Positions 1 through 9,016 are shown, numbered from the stretch's first letter. The stretch: 64,000 nucleotides of DNA from an uncultured Alphaproteobacteria bacterium (GCA_949297415.1 CASFSV010000017.1:24244-88243), one strand, 5' to 3'. The notes: generated by a model not told the origin, from the letters alone. Numbers and translations are program-made.

Positions 1-3000
1 CAACTATTAGCCGAAAATTTAGTTCGACAAGTCGGTATTGATGATACTCAGGATTTGTTTGAAGGTTTGGTTGAAAGTGCTATCGGGGCTATTGCCGGTA
101 CGTCTGCTCTGATGGCTGTTGATGGCTCAACTTACTATGCGCAAAAATCTTATGAAGATGCGCGGAGACGTATGTTACTCAAAGGGGTGAGTGATGAAGA
201 TATTGAATTGTTTAAGAAAAATGCTTTGGAATTGTTGCAAAGTAAACCAGATGCTTTTTCTAAAGTCTTTTCTTATTCTTTGGAGCAAAATCTTAAAGCT
301 CTCGAACTTGAAGCTTCGCAGGCTAAACCCTTAGAACGTTCCGCTCGAAAAGCTGATGTTGATGCTTTTAGAAAAATCTATGACGAAATGTATCAGCGGG
401 CTTTTAATGCAACACAAGATGATACAAAAGCGAAAATTACGGCGGGTATGATACAAGCTAATATTATGGCTTTTTATAATGTCGATAAGTCCTTTTCTCC
501 GCAAAAAATTCTTCAAGATAATTTGCCGAAAATAAAACAGATGACGTATGATAAATTTAAACAACAAGTATCTTCGGAAGATAAACTCTTATTCCAATTT
601 GGCGGTGTTGATGCTAAATATGCCGATATTGTAAAACTCAAAGAGGCGTTGAAGTTGGAAGATGAGGAAGTTAATCCTCGCGTGATTTGGTCCAGAACAG
701 GTTGGTTTCATGGGCAAGACGGTAAATGGCGTTTTGAAATCAGTGATGCTGATGCTAAATTGAAGCTCAATTTCGATGTTAATGAAAATGAACTTCCCAA
801 ACGTTATTGGCAAACTTATATTCAAAAGCTGGAAAAACAAGAAGCTCAAGAAATTATCAGTTTGCGTGCACTTGAAAAAAAAGTTACCGATGATGCTGAG
901 GTAATCGAAGAAATTTATAATTATCTTTATGGCGATTTTATTGATTTCTTGGATAAAAATTATACCGGACATTTTTCTTTCGGTATTGATAAAAACGGTG
1001 GTTTCTCTTTTACCGATCCTGAAGTGGATTTTGAAGAAAATATTAAAAAGCAACAAGAAAAAGTTAATGATAACGTTGTTGCTTTGGTGAGCAGTTATGA
1101 TGCCCGCAACGCAACAAATAAACTTAAACAAGATAGCTCTATGTCTTCTTATATCCGCGATAAAACCTTAAAGCAATTATTAATTGACAAAGAAAAATTT
1201 AATGTTTTGGATGATGAAGATATTGCCGAACTTACTTCCGCTAATCAAAATACGGCCACTTCTTATAATATTCAGAAACCTAATTCAGGGGGCTTAGCCG
1301 TTGTTGTGCGTTCTTCTGACTTTAAGAATAATACGACAAAAGTGTTTAATAAAGATATGAGTAAATTACTCAATTCCTATAAAGGTATGAAAATTTATAA
1401 TCCGTCTTTAGACAGTAACATTGAAATCGGCAAAACTTCGTTTAAAAATTTGAGTGATGATGCTAAACTTTTAATTCCTTATTTTCCGATGCTTTTGGAA
1501 AAGGCAGTTTTTGGTGCGCGTATCGAAAAGGCTCCCCAAAATACAAAATCTGAAATTAAGGCTTCTTACTATTCTTATTTGCCGGTAGAAATTGACGGAA
1601 ATCGCGGAAATGTTCGGATTGAAGTTAATGAAAATTCTAATGGCGATTTATTGTGGAATTTGCAGATAAAAAATATGTCTGCGCAAGAAATTGAAGCTCA
1701 TATTACTCATACAACCGGTGAAGATGTTACTTTTGATGATTATCTGACTGAGCAAGAACGTAAAACGGAGGAATTGCGTAATTCGTCAAAAGCTCCTTGG
1801 ATTAAACGTAAGGCTGCAAATACCAATTTTCAGTCGCCCGATAAATTTTATACAGATGAACAATTAAAAATTATTCATGCGGCTTTGGAAGAAAGGTCTT
1901 TTTTTCACTTTATGGAAGAAATTTGGTCCTCTCCTTTGGATGAAGATGCTAATCTTCAGAGATTTGATAAATTTTTAGAAGATAATCATGCTAAAACCGA
2001 AGGACTTATGAATTTAGCTCAAAAACTCGATGACGAACTCATTCATGAGGTAACTAAAAGACAAAAAGCTATGCAAAATATGGGGATTCGTGAAAATTTT
2101 GATATGTTTGATGATTTGACAATTAACAAATTTTATCAGTTGTATCTTGCAGGACAAGGAAATTATCACAAACCTTATTTTAATGCTAATTATCTGTCTA
2201 ATTTGTATCGTCAAGCTCACATTCCAATGTCTATGAGTGAAAAATTTTTGGCGCTTCCTCGTTATCGTTCTTGGGATAATACGTATAAATCGCTTATGAA
2301 AGATTTTTTAGATAGAATTTATCGTATCTATCGTTTTCATAAAGAAATCGATTTTGCAAAACAAGCGGAGTTACGCGATATTCAAGCGGCAAATGAATTT
2401 ATTAAACAACGTGTTGATGAGGGCGATGAAAGTCTTAGAACCTATTGGTTGGAAAGACAACTCCTTTTGGATAAAAAAGAAATGAAATTGGGGGATTTGT
2501 TGGAGCATCAAGAACTTTACAAAAATTATCCTGATTTGAAAAATGTGATTGTTCGCTTTGTCGAACTTGATAATGATGACGGATATCATTTCTATCGTGA
2601 TAAAAATTTTGAAAATGATGTTTTGGAAATTGATCCCAGACAGTTTGATTACACTAATCTGAAAAATTTGTTGATGAAAGGTGCTGCTTTTGCTATTCAG
2701 ATGCGCGAACATTTTGATTTGGTTCTCACGCCTTCTCAGCGACGTAATTTTATGGATAGGCATATTTATTTGGCCAAAAAGAAAGCTGCGGAACATTTAG
2801 GGTCTTTTGTTGATGAGTTTGTTACTACATATCTTCCGGAATTGGCTCCGGGTAGTTTTTGGATTTATAGAGATGTACCGCTTCCGCTTATAGATGTTTA
2901 TGAAAGCCAGAGTAAACAAAATAAAACGAATAAATCAAAAAAATCGGAAACTTCTGATGCTGTTCGTCATCTTAAATTCAGAGATGTTGATTTTGATTTT

Positions 3001-3993
3001 TTGTTTGAAAAAGTTGATGAAAAATATGCTAATCATATTCTTGATCCTCATGAACGTCAACTAGGGGATTTTGCTTATGCTTCATTACGGGATTTGATTA
3101 GTAAATTTAATAATTTTGAATTGGTGGCTTCCAGAGTGTCTTCGGGCTATTTTCATACTGCTCCTTTTCCTTGGGCAGGCGGTGTTTCTCAAGGCGAAAT
3201 TGATGTTAGAAACATGATGCAAAGACAAAATTATTCTGATTGGCAGAGAAGTTTTGCTTATTGGGATGATAGAGTACGCAAACCTTCTTTGGATAAAAAA
3301 CAACTCTCTTTTTCGGCACTACACAAATTTATGAACGCGGCCGAAGGTGATAAAGAGTTTATTGATTTTGATCCTGAAAAAATGAATAGCCTTCCTGATG
3401 ATGATAATAAAATCAGAGGTCCTTATGACAGTTTGTCGCTTGTTATACAAAGGTTTGCAAGAGGGGCGTATGAAATTGCTGATAAGACTATCTATTTGTT
3501 TGAAAAAGCTGATGAACAGACAATTATGCATGAAACTTTTCACTATTTAAGCCAGTTGCTTAAAACTTCTATCTATAATACTGATTCTAAATTGAGATAC
3601 GCCTATAACGGTATGTTGGATGATTTGAGAAAAGAGGTGCTCTATAATTATAAAATCGTTAAAAATAAAGGTAAATATAGTTTTGTGAGACACCTAGAAA
3701 GTCGTAATTTTCCTGATATCTTAGGGAGCTTCTCTACAACCAGTGAAGCTCTTGATTATGCAGTTGAAGAGTTGTTTGTGTATCAGTTACGCAATAGCTT
3801 TTCTTATAAAAGGTATCCTAAAGACGAATATTTTGATTTGTTAAACTATTTTTATTGCACTTGGATGATTAACGTGTCTCAAGCGGTTGTCCTTAATGAG
3901 AAAAAATATAGTGAAGCAGCGCGCCATCTTATGGAACAGGTTAATCATTATTTGACTAAAGCTTGGTTTCGATTGGTGGATAAATTAAAATAG
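1..3993 (+). CDS. Large phage-type polyvalent protein (LPD23 domain, LPD3-like region, zincin-like motifs), 5'-truncated
   Basis: Frame is open from base 1. IWSRTGWFHGQDGKWRFEISD (LPD23 signature), LGDLLEHQELYKNYPDL, GEIDVRN and C-terminal TIMHETFH (HExxH). Confidence 0.75.
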   Translation, partial: QLLAENLVRQVGIDDTQDLFEGLVESAIGAIAGTSALMAVDGSTYYAQKSYEDARRRMLLKGVSDEDIELFKKNALELLQSKPDAFSKVFSYSLEQNLKALELEASQAKPLERSARKADVDAFRKIYDEMYQRAFNATQDDTKAKITAGMIQANIMAFYNVDKSFSPQKILQDNLPKIKQMTYDKFKQQVSSEDKLLFQFGGVDAKYADIVKLKEALKLEDEEVNPRVIWSRTGWFHGQDGKWRFEISDADAKLKLNFDVNENELPKRYWQTYIQKLEKQEAQEIISLRALEKKVTDDAEVIEEIYNYLYGDFIDFLDKNYTGHFSFGIDKNGGFSFTDPEVDFEENIKKQQEKVNDNVVALVSSYDARNATNKLKQDSSMSSYIRDKTLKQLLIDKEKFNVLDDEDIAELTSANQNTATSYNIQKPNSGGLAVVVRSSDFKNNTTKVFNKDMSKLLNSYKGMKIYNPSLDSNIEIGKTSFKNLSDDAKLLIPYFPMLLEKAVFGARIEKAPQNTKSEIKASYYSYLPVEIDGNRGNVRIEVNENSNGDLLWNLQIKNMSAQEIEAHITHTTGEDVTFDDYLTEQERKTEELRNSSKAPWIKRKAANTNFQSPDKFYTDEQLKIIHAALEERSFFHFMEEIWSSPLDEDANLQRFDKFLEDNHAKTEGLMNLAQKLDDELIHEVTKRQKAMQNMGIRENFDMFDDLTINKFYQLYLAGQGNYHKPYFNANYLSNLYRQAHIPMSMSEKFLALPRYRSWDNTYKSLMKDFLDRIYRIYRFHKEIDFAKQAELRDIQAANEFIKQRVDEGDESLRTYWLERQLLLDKKEMKLGDLLEHQELYKNYPDLKNVIVRFVELDNDDGYHFYRDKNFENDVLEIDPRQFDYTNLKNLLMKGAAFAIQMREHFDLVLTPSQRRNFMDRHIYLAKKKAAEHLGSFVDEFVTTYLPELAPGSFWIYRDVPLPLIDVYESQSKQNKTNKSKKSETSDAVRHLKFRDVDFDFLFEKVDEKYANHILDPHERQLGDFAYASLRDLISKFNNFELVASRVSSGYFHTAPFPWAGGVSQGEIDVRNMMQRQNYSDWQRSFAYWDDRVRKPSLDKKQLSFSALHKFMNAAEGDKEFIDFDPEKMNSLPDDDNKIRGPYDSLSLVIQRFARGAYEIADKTIYLFEKADEQTIMHETFHYLSQLLKTSIYNTDSKLRYAYNGMLDDLRKEVLYNYKIVKNKGKYSFVRHLESRNFPDILGSFSTTSEALDYAVEELFVYQLRNSFSYKRYPKDEYFDLLNYFYCTWMINVSQAVVLNEKKYSEAARHLMEQVNHYLTKAWFRLVDKLK

Positions 3994-4020
3994 TTCGTAT
4001 GCGTTTTTAGTGCAAAATGC

Positions 4021-4049
4021 TTGCATTTATATATCAGCAGTTCTATAAT
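4021..4049 (+). promoter_or_regulatory. sigma70-type promoter
   Basis: TTGCAT-N17-TATAAT upstream of the 4082 ORF. Confidence 0.6.
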
Positions 4050-4081
4050 GCCTTAGTTTTTTCTTTTTGACGGAGTTTTTT

Positions 4082-5584
4082 ATGGATAATCAAGATATCT
4101 CTAAATTAAAAGCTAAGAGCAGAGTGGAACTGCTGATTTTGTTTTTTGTATTGGTTCTTGCTGTGGGAGGAGTGGCTGAATATCGTCATTTGACTGCTCC
4201 GATGTCTTCGGCTATGGTTGTTTTTGATTATGCTGAGGATAAGAATTTGGAGAAAACTGATAATACTCAAACTCAAAAAAAACTTTCATCTTCGCTTGCT
4301 CAAAAAAATACTATTACTGCACCAGCAGAAGTTAAAGCTCCAATTTCTAAACTTAATCCCCCTAAAGCTCAGGAAATTTCCGTTTCGTCTGTCGCAAAAG
4401 ATGAAAAGGTACAGCTTGATGATGTGAAAAATTTAAGTGAACGTGTGCAACCTCAAAATTCTGAACAAGTGGCTCAAAAGATTCAGGATAACAACAAGCA
4501 AATCGCAGAGAAGGGAATTATTCAGGATGAAACCATTGTTCAACGCGATGGTGCTGCTGAATTGACTAATTATATGCAAGATATTCACCAAAAAGCTGAA
4601 ACCATTACTCGTCCGCAATCTGCTTTGGGACAAATTCAAGAACGTCAAGAAGTTAAAAAAACGCAACGTCAACCGCAGCCTGTGTTTGAAGCTGGTAAAA
4701 TCGAAATTTATGACAGCGAAAAAGGGGTTGTTGCTGTTCATAAAACTGTTGAAGTTATTGTACCAGAAAAGACAGTTCAAGAGGAGAAAATGGTAGATAA
4801 AGAAACAGCAGAGCTTTCTGAATCGCAAACTATCGATAATGTGAAAAAGCCTGAAACTGCTAAAGCTTCAAATGCGCAATCAGCAGAGGTAGTGAAAACA
4901 GAAACTAATTCTGTTGAACAAAAAGTTGTTGCACAAACTAAAGAGCTTGCAAATGTAGATGTCAATAAAACGGCAACGGCCGATGTATCAGATAAGGCAC
5001 AGCCGACTCTTTTGGTTCCGGTTAAAAACGAGCCGGTAGCAAATAATGAAGTTGCACCGAAACCCGCAGAAACAAAATCAGAGATAAAGCAGGATTCTGC
5101 TCAAGAAGCACCGGTTGATATGATTAAGGCTATGCAAGAAAGCAAAGCTCCGGTTAAAGAAAATACGGTTAAATCAACAACTGCTCAGGAAAATATCATC
5201 AATCAGAATGATGAAATATCATCAAATATTGTTTCTGAAAAGCCGATAACTTCTGTAACTAAGACGGTTGAGGAAAAGCAAAATGAAGTTAAAGAGCAGA
5301 TTGTAGATGATAAAGAGGCTAAAAGTAAAAAGGCTAATGAGGCTTTAGAAAACCTATTTAAGAAAATGTCTGAACCGAATGCCTTGACTAACTCTACATC
5401 TGGAGAGTTAGTTGGCGAAGTTACGGTTCCGGTTGTTGAGGCTATAAAGAGTGAATCGGTTGAAAATAAGTCTTCTATATCTCAAGGTGTTGAAAATAAT
5501 GCAAAAAATAATGCAGAAACGATTTCAAAAGTTGATGAGAGTGGGGCTGTTGATATGATGAAAGCTATTGTTTCGCGTCAATGA
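4082..5584 (+). CDS. Hypothetical membrane-anchored protein with long low-complexity (Q/E/K/V/S) disordered region
   Basis: ORF 4067..5584; ATG 4082 preceded by GGAG; one N-terminal hydrophobic helix (LLILFFVLVLAVGGVA). Confidence 0.75.
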   Translation: MDNQDISKLKAKSRVELLILFFVLVLAVGGVAEYRHLTAPMSSAMVVFDYAEDKNLEKTDNTQTQKKLSSSLAQKNTITAPAEVKAPISKLNPPKAQEISVSSVAKDEKVQLDDVKNLSERVQPQNSEQVAQKIQDNNKQIAEKGIIQDETIVQRDGAAELTNYMQDIHQKAETITRPQSALGQIQERQEVKKTQRQPQPVFEAGKIEIYDSEKGVVAVHKTVEVIVPEKTVQEEKMVDKETAELSESQTIDNVKKPETAKASNAQSAEVVKTETNSVEQKVVAQTKELANVDVNKTATADVSDKAQPTLLVPVKNEPVANNEVAPKPAETKSEIKQDSAQEAPVDMIKAMQESKAPVKENTVKSTTAQENIINQNDEISSNIVSEKPITSVTKTVEEKQNEVKEQIVDDKEAKSKKANEALENLFKKMSEPNALTNSTSGELVGEVTVPVVEAIKSESVENKSSISQGVENNAKNNAETISKVDESGAVDMMKAIVSRQ

Positions 5585-5682
5585 GTTTTTATACTGTGTA
5601 AGTTATTTTGTGTCTAACCTCTTGATATTATTGTGTTTGTTTGAATCGTGTGCAAAAATGTGAAAAAAATTAAAAGAAAGTG

Positions 5683-5711
5683 TTGACTTCTTATTTTTTT
5701 CTATATATAAA
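5683..5711 (+). promoter_or_regulatory. sigma70 promoter of tRNA-Glu
   Basis: TTGACT-N17-TATAAA, about 20 nt upstream of the tRNA. Confidence 0.75.
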
Positions 5712-5730
5712 CGCTTTTGTTCCGATCATT

Positions 5731-5805
5731 GGTCCCATCGTCTAGTGGTTAGGACATCGCCCTTTCACGGCGGTAACATGGGTTCAAATCCCGTTGGGAT
5801 CACCA
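5731..5805 (+). tRNA. tRNA-Glu (UUC)
   Basis: GGTCCCATCGTCTAGTGGTTAGGACATCGCCCTTTCACGGCGGTAACATGGGTTCAAATCCCGTTGGGATCACCA: cloverleaf, anticodon TTC, T-loop GTTCAAAT, encoded CCA. Confidence 0.97.
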
Positions 5806-5809
5806 ATTC

Positions 5810-5843
5810 AAACGGCAGGTATAAAAACTGCCGTTTTTCTTTT
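5810..5843 (+). terminator. Intrinsic terminator after tRNA-Glu
   Basis: AACGGCAG-loop-CTGCCGTT followed by a T-rich run. Confidence 0.8.
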
Positions 5844-5861
5844 ATAAATCAAGCACTTAAC

Positions 5862-5952
5862 CGAGTTCGAATGTTTGTTTTTTGAAAATTGCGTTTTGGG
5901 AGAATTTTCCGAACTCGTTTGAGGATAATCCTTTGTTTTTCAATAAGTTAAA
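5862..5952. repeat. Degenerate ~90-bp direct repeat, copy 1
   Basis: CGAGTTCG(A/G)ATGTTT...TCCGAACT...TTTTTCAATA(A/T)GTTAAA shared with 6191-6279. Confidence 0.65.
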
Positions 5953-6139
5953 TGAGTTTGAATCTCGTTAGGTCTTGGGATTGACTTTTAATTATGAATC
6001 GGATTTGAAATTTGTGATGATGAAAGTTTTTGACGTTGACGATGATTTATTTTGGCTCCGACGGCTAAGCACCAGTGGTTTATGACTTGGGATTATTAAA
6101 TTGCCTGACATATATTTTTGCTGGTATTGTTTAAAGATA

Positions 6140-6177
6140 AATAGATATCCCCCCAGTTTACTGGGGGGATATCTATT
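6140..6177. repeat. Perfect 17-bp-stem palindrome (REP / IS200-IS605-end-like hairpin)
   Basis: AATAGATATCCCCCCAG-TTTA-CTGGGGGGATATCTATT. Confidence 0.7.
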
Positions 6178-6190
6178 CCAGGACTTTCAG

Positions 6191-6279
6191 CGAGTTCGGA
6201 TGTTTTATTTTCAAAAATCATCATTTTTTCAATTTGTCCGAACTTTTGCAATCTAGTTTATTTTTTTCAATATGTTAAA
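6191..6279. repeat. Degenerate ~90-bp direct repeat, copy 2
   Basis: Aligns with 5862-5952 (same inverted GAGTTCG/CGAACT ends and terminal TTTCAATANGTTAAA). Confidence 0.65.
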
Positions 6280-6305
6280 AATATTAATATAGCTATTTTT
6301 AATCT

Positions 6306-6821
6306 CTAAACAATTCCAAAAGCATCATCATATTTTATTACTCCGTTTAGTGGCTGCGGATTATTATCAAAGCTGATTGCCATAAAATTTTCATCTGCCA
6401 CATCAAAAGGAGGTACTATTCCATATTGACTAGCCGGAACATATCCAGCTTTTGAATAATAGGAAAAATCCCCTAAGACTATAGAATAATTATATCCTAA
6501 ATTTTGTGCGATTTTATGTCCTTCTTGAATTAAAGCTTGTCCTATTCCTTGTTTTTGAAACTCAGGTAAAACAGATAACGGCGCAAGCGCTAAAACCTCT
6601 GTTGTATTAATCATTGCTTTTGTAAAAAGGATATGCCCAACTATCTTATTGTCAACTATTGCAACAAGTGATAGCTCAGGGACAAAAGATTGACTTTTAC
6701 GCAGTTTTACGACTAAATCTTGTTCATTCCCATCGCTATGTTTTGCAGATTTAAATGCTTCGATTATAACATGATAGACTTGAGCATAGTCTTCTTTTTG
6801 CTCTGTTCTAATGATTAACAT
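6306..6821 (-). CDS. GNAT family N-acetyltransferase (YhbS-like)
   Basis: ELSLVA..IVGHILFT..LALAPLSVLPEFQKQGIGQALI acetyl-CoA-binding motif; likely start ATG 6821 after AAGGA. Confidence 0.92.
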   Translation of the reverse strand: MLIIRTEQKEDYAQVYHVIIEAFKSAKHSDGNEQDLVVKLRKSQSFVPELSLVAIVDNKIVGHILFTKAMINTTEVLALAPLSVLPEFQKQGIGQALIQEGHKIAQNLGYNYSIVLGDFSYYSKAGYVPASQYGIVPPFDVADENFMAISFDNNPQPLNGVIKYDDAFGIV

Positions 6822-6913
6822 TTTCCTTACTTCCCTTAACATATTCTATATTTTTAATTTAACATTATTATATTAAGATGATGTAAAATAGACTCGTAAA
6901 CCGTGAGTTAAGC

Positions 6914-6925
6914 ATCACCAATTCA
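6914..6925 (+). repeat. attR-like 12-bp duplication of the tRNA-Glu 3' end
   Basis: ATCACCAATTCA identical to 5799-5810, and likewise followed by a terminator. Confidence 0.6.
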
Positions 6926-6927
6926 GT

Positions 6928-6954
6928 AGCGCTCTTTGTTAGGGCGCTTTTTTT
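6928..6954 (+). terminator. Intrinsic terminator
   Basis: AGCGCTCT-TTGTT-AGGGCGCT followed by a T-run. Confidence 0.7.
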
Positions 6955-7145
6955 GTGTCTAAATCATCTCTTTCGGGATTTGAACCCATCGCTTTTTGCA
7001 AAGCGAATGGAGGCTCTCAATTCCGACTAGAATTTTTTTAATGTCAGTGTCTGATGTGCAAGTGTGTCTGTGTTTTTTATTTACTATTTATATAACATGT
7101 TGTATTATAAAATAAGAGGTAAAAGCGTAATTTTATAGGTTTAAT

Positions 7146-8207
7146 ATGGTAGCAAAAACGGAGAATTTTGATGAAATTGTTTTTTCATTAAAAGAAAAAC
7201 TTAGTTCTATGAGTGACAATGATAAGAATGCTTTTTTTGCTAAACCTGCGGATAATGCTTCTTTTAAAGGGCAATGTGCAGGACAATACTTATATGCATT
7301 AATTGCTAATAATGTAGAAAATTCGGAAGATATTAAAGATAGGTTATGTGAAATTGTTGGGGCTGAATATATTGATAAATATATGGAACATTTGGAAAGA
7401 TTAAGAAAAGTTAAACAAGATGAAATAATGAGTTTGACTGAGCATTTGTATCACTTTTCTCAAAATTCTCAATTATCTGAATTGGAACCAAGATTTCAGT
7501 ATTCATGCACACTAAATGAAGAAGCCGGAAAATCGTTGTGCTTTGCAACAAAAGAAAAAATATCTCCATATATAGGTAAACCATCTTCTAATAATCCTAA
7601 TGAGTATAAGGGAATTTCCGTATTTATGGACGAACCTTGTTTGGTTTTGAGCGGTATTGATTTAAAAAAATATGCAGTAGATGTAGAAAAAAATCAATCT
7701 TATCGTTATGAAGTCGATAAAAGTGTTTTTCAACCTCTTGTTTCTTTATCCGGTGAGTTTACTAACGAATACGCTTCTGACAAAACTGCAAAAATAATCA
7801 ATGTATCAGGTCCTTTCGGTCTCCATGATATTTATAAAGCTGATATTCCAATTTATTATATTCCTGATGCAGAAGATAGAAATACTCTAAAGAAAGTCTG
7901 GCAACAACATATTAATGAGGGGATGAGTCGATATCAAGCGATGGAAATAACTCAATTGAAATATCCTGATAAAATGTATTGTTTGAATAAAGATGAAGAT
8001 TTACAGCAACAAATGCAAAATGCAATTCAGATTGAAAGAGTAAAATCTAAAATTGTAGATAGGCAAGGTAATGAAAATAAGAACAATATAAGATATAAAT
8101 CAAAAGGAGGATTAAAACAGACTGAGGTTTCTTATAATTCCAAAGTGAAAATAAAAGAAAATTTGAATAATTTGTGTTGTGTTTCTGATACATTTGATAG
8201 AAGATGA
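7146..8207 (+). CDS. Hypothetical protein with possible ADP-ribosyltransferase-like (Arr-like) domain
   Basis: 353-aa ORF; LYHFS..LSELEPR..LCFAT..YRYEVDKSVF..NEYAS pattern. Confidence 0.6.
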   Translation: MVAKTENFDEIVFSLKEKLSSMSDNDKNAFFAKPADNASFKGQCAGQYLYALIANNVENSEDIKDRLCEIVGAEYIDKYMEHLERLRKVKQDEIMSLTEHLYHFSQNSQLSELEPRFQYSCTLNEEAGKSLCFATKEKISPYIGKPSSNNPNEYKGISVFMDEPCLVLSGIDLKKYAVDVEKNQSYRYEVDKSVFQPLVSLSGEFTNEYASDKTAKIINVSGPFGLHDIYKADIPIYYIPDAEDRNTLKKVWQQHINEGMSRYQAMEITQLKYPDKMYCLNKDEDLQQQMQNAIQIERVKSKIVDRQGNENKNNIRYKSKGGLKQTEVSYNSKVKIKENLNNLCCVSDTFDRR

Positions 8208-8216
8208 GGTGTGTAA

Positions 8217-8429
8217 ATCATCAATTCAAATTATGAGGCAGCTTCTCGGGGAAAGTATGGCTCGGTTGTATCAACTATTGGTGGGTATTTGAAAGAGGCA
8301 AAAGATATTTTTAAATATCCAATAGATGATTGTAAGCGTGATTTAGGGGCAAATGCTCGTGGAAGAGAAGGGGCTAGACAAGGAAAAAGTTTACAAGAAA
8401 CGTGTCCGACACACTATAAAAGATACTGA
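8217..8429 (+). pseudogene. Start-less fragment of a serum-amyloid-A-like toxin C-terminal domain
   Basis: Manual translation SNYEAASRGKYGSVVSTIGGYLKEAKDIFKYPIDDCKRDLGANARGREGARQGKSLQETCPTHYKRY*; in-frame stop at 8214 and no upstream start codon. Confidence 0.6.
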
Positions 8430-8445
8430 AGAGGAAATGTGTAAT

Positions 8446-8847
8446 ATGACTAAACAATCATTAAAAAATGTGATATTGATGAGTTTTAAGTTCATTATCC
8501 TATCTTTGTTATTGGTGGCATTTTTAGAAGATTATTTTATTGTTCAAAACGCAATAAGGGGGATTGTTTTATTTGCATATGCTTTTGTAATGCTTGTTTG
8601 TTTTATTTCTTTAGGCTACGCTTTCTTTTTTAGATTTCGTTATAAACGTATACTATACATCATCTCAGGAGTGTTTTTTATAGGGTATTGTGCTATGAAT
8701 AATCTGGTGTCTGGTATTTATGAAGCGAGAATGGTGTCTTTTTGTTTGCAAAATGGTCAAGTATATGATTACAATGAGCATAGATGTCGTATTGATTGCA
8801 GACATTGGAGTAAAGAAACAGGTTGTGTAAAAATTGAGACCGAGTAA
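8446..8847 (+). CDS. Small 3-TM membrane protein with Cys-rich tail (candidate immunity protein)
   Basis: Part of ORF 8353..8847; GAGGA RBS at 8431; three hydrophobic helices then FCLQNGQVYDYNEHRCRIDC. Confidence 0.65.
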   Translation: MTKQSLKNVILMSFKFIILSLLLVAFLEDYFIVQNAIRGIVLFAYAFVMLVCFISLGYAFFFRFRYKRILYIISGVFFIGYCAMNNLVSGIYEARMVSFCLQNGQVYDYNEHRCRIDCRHWSKETGCVKIETE

Positions 8848-9016
8848 GTGTCAGATATTTACAGAGGTGAAAGAAAACTGTTTTTAGCTTAGAAACGATG
8901 CGTAAAGCATTATATTCTTTAAGCTCTTCTTTTGAGTGGTTAGTTTATAGATTTCTTCAAAAAACTTGATTTTGTGTGGAAAATGTGGTATACTCAAATT
9001 CTAAAAATTAATTATT

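Noticed and set aside
5952-5972. Second tRNA gene
   Set aside because: Only a degenerate T-arm is present, with no D-arm or anticodon arm. It is treated as an att scar.
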